Of a stretch of DNA of 64,000 nucleotides, positions 59,179 to 64,000 are shown piece after piece (the stretch's first letter is position 1; every line of letters begins with the position of its first letter). This DNA comes from Candidatus Poribacteria bacterium (lineage in GTDB: Bacteria > Poribacteria > WGA-4E > WGA-3G). The notes below the pieces were generated by a model, which was not told the origin of the DNA, searched no databases, and saw only the letters and a program-made list of their open reading frames with translations. The stretch is taken from assembly GCA_965242965.1 (NCBI GenBank), contig OZ251518.1:4544001-4608000 (forward strand), read 5' to 3'. Both the position numbers and the translations under genes were made by a program.

Positions 59179-59635
59179 CGAGGGTGTTTCATAACTCGAT
59201 GGAACCTCCCGGTAGGAGAGACATCCCGGTCTCGATGCAATAGGACGGCGCGCCCCCCGGGGGCGCGCCGGCAGAAAGCCCCCTTCATCGTAGGGCGAGG
59301 GCCTGTCCCTCGCCATCGTCCGCGCAATCCAACGCGCGCAGGGGACAGGCCCCCGCACTACGAAAAAAACGTCTCTTAGGTCCTTTAGGACCTTAATGTC
59401 TATAGCACGCGCGCCTGCGAAGAATACTAAGGTCCTTTAGGTCCTTAATAGTCTTTGCCAGGGCCGCGCGTTTTTTATGAAGGACCTAAAGGCCCTTGAA
59501 AACGGAACGACGCGTTTTTCTATAGAAAGGACCTAAAACGCCACCTTTTGACGATGGCCAATGCGGGGGACAGGCCCCCGCGCTACAGATTGTGCAGCGA
59601 AACCTCGCGAGGGACAGGCCCTCGCGCTACGGAAC
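59179..59635. repeat. Mosaic repeat cluster with one MITE-like end
   Basis: GAGGGTGTTTCATAA at 59180, GTAG REPs and AGGTCC/GGACCT palindromes. Confidence 0.85.
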
Positions 59636-59650
59636 GCGGGTGCTTTTTTG

Positions 59651-60376
59651 TTATTCCACCGTCAACGTGATGACATTGGACATCAGCGATGCCTTCCCAC
59701 GACGCGATTGAACCGGCAGATACAACGCCTTCTCCTCATCTTTGTGCTTCGATTTGATAAACTCGATCTGGTCACGGATCTCGTTAATCGCGTCGCGCTT
59801 TACCGCAGCAGTAAGCGCGGCATCCGTGTTGGACTGGAGCCGATTAATCTCCTTCTGCAATTCCACTACCTGAGGATGCAGCTCTATCAGCGACTCGCGG
59901 TAGACTGCCAATTCAACCTCTACTACCAACGTGTAGGTGCCTGCCGGCAGCCGATAGAACTGCTGCACATCTTCCAGTGAGACAACCTGCTGCGTGCCTG
60001 CCTTCAGTTCAAATCCTTGAATACACCGAACCGATTTGCCCTGATGGACTACATATTTTTGCGGGTTCTCCATCGTGATCGGACGTTTACGTTTGACATC
60101 TTCGCTGTTGACATCCTTAACCTGCAGGTTAGTGAAAGCCGCCTTAGTCGCGACGGTAACAAACGGCACGAAAAGGTCGAATTTCCCGTTCTGGATGCTG
60201 ATTTCAAGCGGAATGGCTTCCTTCGCGGCGTAATTGGTTTGCGGAGTCGAGAGGTGAATTTCCGCGAGTACCTGCGGTGCATCGGTTACCTCGGTCGGTT
60301 GCGTTGTCGTCTGCTGACTCCCGAGACAACCGAGCATAACGATCGAAATAAGGCAAAGAGGGATAAAACGTTTCAT
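59651..60376 (-). CDS. Hypothetical lipoprotein
   Basis: Lipobox MLGC after a short signal peptide. Confidence 0.7.
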   Translation of the reverse strand: MKRFIPLCLISIVMLGCLGSQQTTTQPTEVTDAPQVLAEIHLSTPQTNYAAKEAIPLEISIQNGKFDLFVPFVTVATKAAFTNLQVKDVNSEDVKRKRPITMENPQKYVVHQGKSVRCIQGFELKAGTQQVVSLEDVQQFYRLPAGTYTLVVEVELAVYRESLIELHPQVVELQKEINRLQSNTDAALTAAVKRDAINEIRDQIEFIKSKHKDEEKALYLPVQSRRGKASLMSNVITLTVE

Positions 60377-60386
60377 AAGTCTCTTC

Positions 60387-61475
60387 CTATCCTAATTCAA
60401 GTTGCGCGCCCAGACCGGGACGGTGAGGCACGTCAATAAACCCGTTGACAATTGTTTCGGGTGGGGAGATGAGGGAGGCGCGCCACTCCACTTCACCCCA
60501 CGCGTATTCGAGAATGGCAAAGTTCGGCACACTCGCCATGCACTGCACGCTAGCGGCGGTTGCGACGGGACCGCTCGGATTATGCGGCGTTACCATCACG
60601 TTTCGTCCCTCGGCGAGGGCGGCTATCTTTTTCAAACCTAACAATCCACCGACGTGTTTGACATCGGGCAAAATATAGTCGACGCGTCCTTGTTGAAGCA
60701 GCCGGTCGAAAGCGGAAAGCGTCCGTAAACGTTCTCCGGTTGCGATAGGCATCGAGGTGGATTGACTCACGTGTGCGAAGGCATCCAGATTCTCCAATGA
60801 CACCGGGTCTTCAAGCCAGAATAGCCCCAGGTCATCGAGTTCTTTCGCGACTTGGACGATGATGCCGGGGTTAAAGCGGCTGTGGCAATCTACCATCAGT
60901 TCTACGTCAGCACCGATGGCGGCGCGGATAGCGCGGATTCGCTCGATGCCGAGACAGATTGCAGGCGTGAGGCTCCCGTGCGAGATATTCGCTACCGATA
61001 CATCGTCAAACGGCGCGCATTTTATCGCCGTGAAGCCTTCGGAAACCGCCTTCTCCGCGTTGCGCGCAAAGCCTGCGGGGCTCCTGTCTATCGTGGCGCG
61101 GTTGATATTCGCGTAAAGGCGAATCTTGTCACGACAACTGCCGCCCAACAGTTGATGACTTGGCAGGTTTAACGCCTTACCAGCCAAATCCCAAGTCGCG
61201 TGCTCAATCCCGCTGATTGCGGTATGATAAGCGTGTCCTTCGGCATCGCGATAAAACCGGCGGCGGAATGCCTCGAATTGGAAGACATTCCACCCGATGA
61301 GTGCCGGTGTCACCGTTTCAATGAGATGCGCGACGCGTGCATCGTCTCCGCCGTGCGATGCCTCACCGATGCCGATAGTGCCATCGTCGGCATGCACTTT
61401 GACGAAGAGCCAATCGCCGCGGTGATTGACGTGAACGCGTTCGGTTTCTAGGGCGTTGATTTTGAGTGTGCGCAT
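60387..61475 (-). CDS. Mandelate racemase/enolase-superfamily dehydratase (DgoD-like)
   Basis: WDL.GK, LLGG, YANIN, MVDCH, WLEDP, ATGE, PHNPSGP, PGLG. Confidence 0.88.
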   Translation of the reverse strand: MRTLKINALETERVHVNHRGDWLFVKVHADDGTIGIGEASHGGDDARVAHLIETVTPALIGWNVFQFEAFRRRFYRDAEGHAYHTAISGIEHATWDLAGKALNLPSHQLLGGSCRDKIRLYANINRATIDRSPAGFARNAEKAVSEGFTAIKCAPFDDVSVANISHGSLTPAICLGIERIRAIRAAIGADVELMVDCHSRFNPGIIVQVAKELDDLGLFWLEDPVSLENLDAFAHVSQSTSMPIATGERLRTLSAFDRLLQQGRVDYILPDVKHVGGLLGLKKIAALAEGRNVMVTPHNPSGPVATAASVQCMASVPNFAILEYAWGEVEWRASLISPPETIVNGFIDVPHRPGLGAQLELG

Positions 61476-61528
61476 GTGATATGAAACTCCGAACGGGCGG
61501 AGAGTTAACGTCATCCGCCCGGACAGGA

Positions 61529-62176
61529 CTATGCATTAGCCGCCCACTTGGCGGCTTGCGTGACGAACTGCTGCATCCCTGCGCGTTCAAAGGTGCCGGG
61601 CCCGTGGCCTAAAGTGGTATAGAAGACGCGCCCGGAACCGTAGGGTTTCACCCACGCCATCGGGTGTGCCTTGCCGAACCATTCGGCGGAAGCCAGCACG
61701 TGAAGGTTCGGTTCGTGCGCGGAGATGTAGATTTCATCTTCCACATCGAAATCCGCCACGCCTTGCGTCGTCGGGTGCGCGGTATCCTCAATGTGGACGG
61801 TGAAAGTGGAGCCCGGCGGGTGCCAATTTGCGTGGCCGCCGATCAAATCTACGGCGCGTCCGCCGATCCACCAGGCTGTGCCGTGAATGCCGACGAGCCC
61901 TTTGCCGCCGCTCACAAAATTGAACAAACCTGTCTCTTCTTCGGGAGTTAGATCAGGCACGCGCGCCACGGTCCCATCGTCTTGCCGTTCGGTCCGGATG
62001 AAGCCGGTGCCGAAGACGCATGCATCGTAATCGTTCAATTCGTGGGAAGCCAAAACCGCTTTATCGTCGGTGAGGGTGGCTGAAATATCAGCGTCCGCGT
62101 CAAGAAAATCGTGAATGACGGGCGCGCTCGCATTAAAGCGATGGTTTTCACCGGATAGCACGAGAATTTTTGACAT
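61529..62176 (-). CDS. ThuA-like domain protein
   Basis: GKGLVGIH, HPP, DEIY, YGSGRVFYTTLGH. Confidence 0.85.
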   Translation of the reverse strand: MSKILVLSGENHRFNASAPVIHDFLDADADISATLTDDKAVLASHELNDYDACVFGTGFIRTERQDDGTVARVPDLTPEEETGLFNFVSGGKGLVGIHGTAWWIGGRAVDLIGGHANWHPPGSTFTVHIEDTAHPTTQGVADFDVEDEIYISAHEPNLHVLASAEWFGKAHPMAWVKPYGSGRVFYTTLGHGPGTFERAGMQQFVTQAAKWAANA

Positions 62177-62279
62177 GATTGTCTCCTTTGATGTTGCTTA
62201 CCGTGAGAAATCAGAACTAAACTGGATGAATTGTAAATGAAAACCAGAATTGTGTCAAGTTGTTTATTTTTTTATGTGA

Positions 62280-62802
62280 GGAGGATTTGCAAGATATGAG
62301 CAGGATTTGCAGGATTTCCAAGATTAGCAAGAGAGGAGCAGGATTTCCAAGATTTCCAAGATTATAGGAGTTGGAGACTGTAGTTCGGGATCGCCTGATC
62401 CCGAACGGATGCATGGCGAGGCGAACCCCTTTTCTGGCCCGTAGCGCGGGGGCCTGTCCCCCGCGATCACCCGACCTGCGCGAAAACCGCACGCCAACCC
62501 AAGCCGTTTTCCGTTCTGATAGCATGGGCGAGGGACAGGCCCTCGCCCTACGGTAATCGGCACGCTTTTTTTTCACCGTAGCGCGGGGGCCTGTCCCCCG
62601 CGAGCACACCCGCGAAAAACATCTCTTCAGGTCCGTAGAACCTAGGGGAGAGATAGGAGCCGCTCATCTTGGACATGCTAGGAGGCGGCCCCGCTCTGTA
62701 GGACAAGAGTGCCTGCTCTTGATCCGTTCGGGAGCAGGTGCTCCCGAACTACAGATGTCGGCAGGTCGGCACTCGCGAGGGACAGGCCCCCGCGCTACGG
62801 TA
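62280..62802. repeat. Mosaic repeat cluster (9-bp tandem plus GTAG REPs)
   Basis: GGATTT(G/C)CA tandem units followed by several REP classes. Confidence 0.85.
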
Positions 62803-62805
62803 ATT

Positions 62806-62910
62806 TTAGGCACTCGGATTGAGGAGCTGGCAGAGGCGCGGCGTTTCCAAGAGTTCTTGCAACTTCTCGGGCTGTTCGTTTAGATTTTCGTGCAGTTCTA
62901 GATTGTCCAT
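62806..62910 (-). CDS. 34-aa ORF, possibly a gene remnant (not in the ORF track)
   Basis: AAAGGAG RBS right after the upstream stop; MDNLELHENLNEQPEKLQELLETPRLCQLLNPSA*, ending at a REP. Confidence 0.3.
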   Translation of the reverse strand: MDNLELHENLNEQPEKLQELLETPRLCQLLNPSA

Positions 62911-62923
62911 TGGCTGCTCCTTT

Positions 62924-64000
62924 TTAACGGCGTAGGATGCGTCCGTTTTCGGCTTTGTAGCCGCGCGTCTCGACCGCAAAATGCAGTGAAAACTTTGGAA
63001 AGATTTCTTCGAGGACCCCGATGAGGTTCGGGCATATTTCGTGTTTAAGTTCTAACAGGTTATAGTTCGGATTCCTAAGTCTCGTCGGGTTAAACATGAC
63101 ATCCCACCAGAAGACATCGGTAAACCTTGCCAAGAATTCGGAGGCGTTGTCGTGTGAATTGCCGTTTGCGACGCAATAAGCCGGTCTGTCCCATTCGGGC
63201 AGGTCTTTTGTATACCCCGGATACGGCTCTCCGTCGATTTCGGTTCGGATACGGATTTTCTCCTTTTCCCGTTCCCATGCTGTGTCGAGGCGTTGGCCGA
63301 AGTTTGGCACGAGGTTTCGCACGGCGATGGCGTATTCTATTGCGTGCACCATCTCATGCATGATAATCTGGTGTCCCCAAAAGTTTCCGTCATCTCCCAA
63401 GATTTCGACATTGGCGCGGGCGAAATATCCTGAAAATGAGCCTACCCAGAATTCTATCTGGCCGAGTTGTGTATTAAGATTCTCGGGCAGGTTGATAACG
63501 TCTTGTGCTTCCGGGTTTGTAAGGACGAGCCGAAAGGGCACATCGTCGCCGCCAACGCCGCCGGGCTGATCGATGGAGAGTGCTTCGCGAACGCCTGGCA
63601 CTTTCGATGTCATGACGAGGACGATGTGTCTCGCCATCTGAAAGAAGGCGTTATCGACATTTTCGCTTCCGACAATGGCGATGCCGTCTGCGTCGATGAA
63701 CTTTTTGTAGAATTTGCGCGGTGCGAGTGAGCCTGCTTTTGTCCAGTTCCCCCAGAGTTGTTCGTAGAGTTCGTCGGGGATGGGGGAGTGCACTTGTCCT
63801 TCAGATGCCATGATTGCGTCCATTTCTGCGGCGAGGCTCAGGTCTGGCATCTCTGGCAGTTCGGGTTCGACGGGTGGCGGCGGTTCTGTCTCTTCCTCCG
63901 TTTCTATCGTCACCGGTGGTTCGTCAGCGGGTGGTTGTTCTTCCGCTGCTGTCCCTTCCTCGACAGGTGTCGTTTTAACGTCTGCCATGGTGACGGCGGG
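62924..64000 (-). CDS. Acidic Pro/Glu-rich protein with zincin HExxH motif, probably 5'-truncated by window edge
   Basis: HEMVH with downstream N.SE.LA; frame is open to the window end. Confidence 0.55.
   Translation of the reverse strand, partial: PAVTMADVKTTPVEEGTAAEEQPPADEPPVTIETEEETEPPPPVEPELPEMPDLSLAAEMDAIMASEGQVHSPIPDELYEQLWGNWTKAGSLAPRKFYKKFIDADGIAIVGSENVDNAFFQMARHIVLVMTSKVPGVREALSIDQPGGVGGDDVPFRLVLTNPEAQDVINLPENLNTQLGQIEFWVGSFSGYFARANVEILGDDGNFWGHQIIMHEMVHAIEYAIAVRNLVPNFGQRLDTAWEREKEKIRIRTEIDGEPYPGYTKDLPEWDRPAYCVANGNSHDNASEFLARFTDVFWWDVMFNPTRLRNPNYNLLELKHEICPNLIGVLEEIFPKFSLHFAVETRGYKAENGRILRR

Noticed and set aside
1-64000. tRNA, rRNA, intact transposase or prophage genes
   Set aside because: None recognised by eye; tRNAscan-SE and HMM searches would be needed to exclude them formally.

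Overview
Bacterial chromosome segment, probably from Candidatus Poribacteria. This is an inference from secreted proteins ending in a 'V(D/E)PxxKLxTxWxxxK' tail, the PQQ-propeller/FGE/Gfo-Idh-MocA gene content and dense GTAG-type palindromic repeats. Most of the window is housekeeping or metabolic (nuoABC, potBC, alr, dapA, dapF, dusB, phhB, an M16 peptidase), with REP-like repeat clusters and a MITE-like element (TGAGGGTGTTTCATAA ends) in between. The main feature is a defence island at about 6.2-21.5 kb. It holds a PIN toxin module, a Walker-A-degenerate ATPase, and dndCDE converging on a pbeABCD-like operon (the 56-aa pbeB-like gene is absent from the ORF track). It also holds a GHKL/MORC ATPase plus methyltransferase-fold gene pair. 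Three copies of a roughly 300-490 bp non-coding element punctuate the island. Each carries sigma70-like promoters (three in the full copies, one in the short copy) and a roughly 210-nt predicted structured RNA. One copy precedes pbeABCD, one precedes the MORC pair and one has no gene behind it, which suggests a promoter/ncRNA-delimited defence cassette array. All product calls come from motif recognition by eye; no database searches were run.
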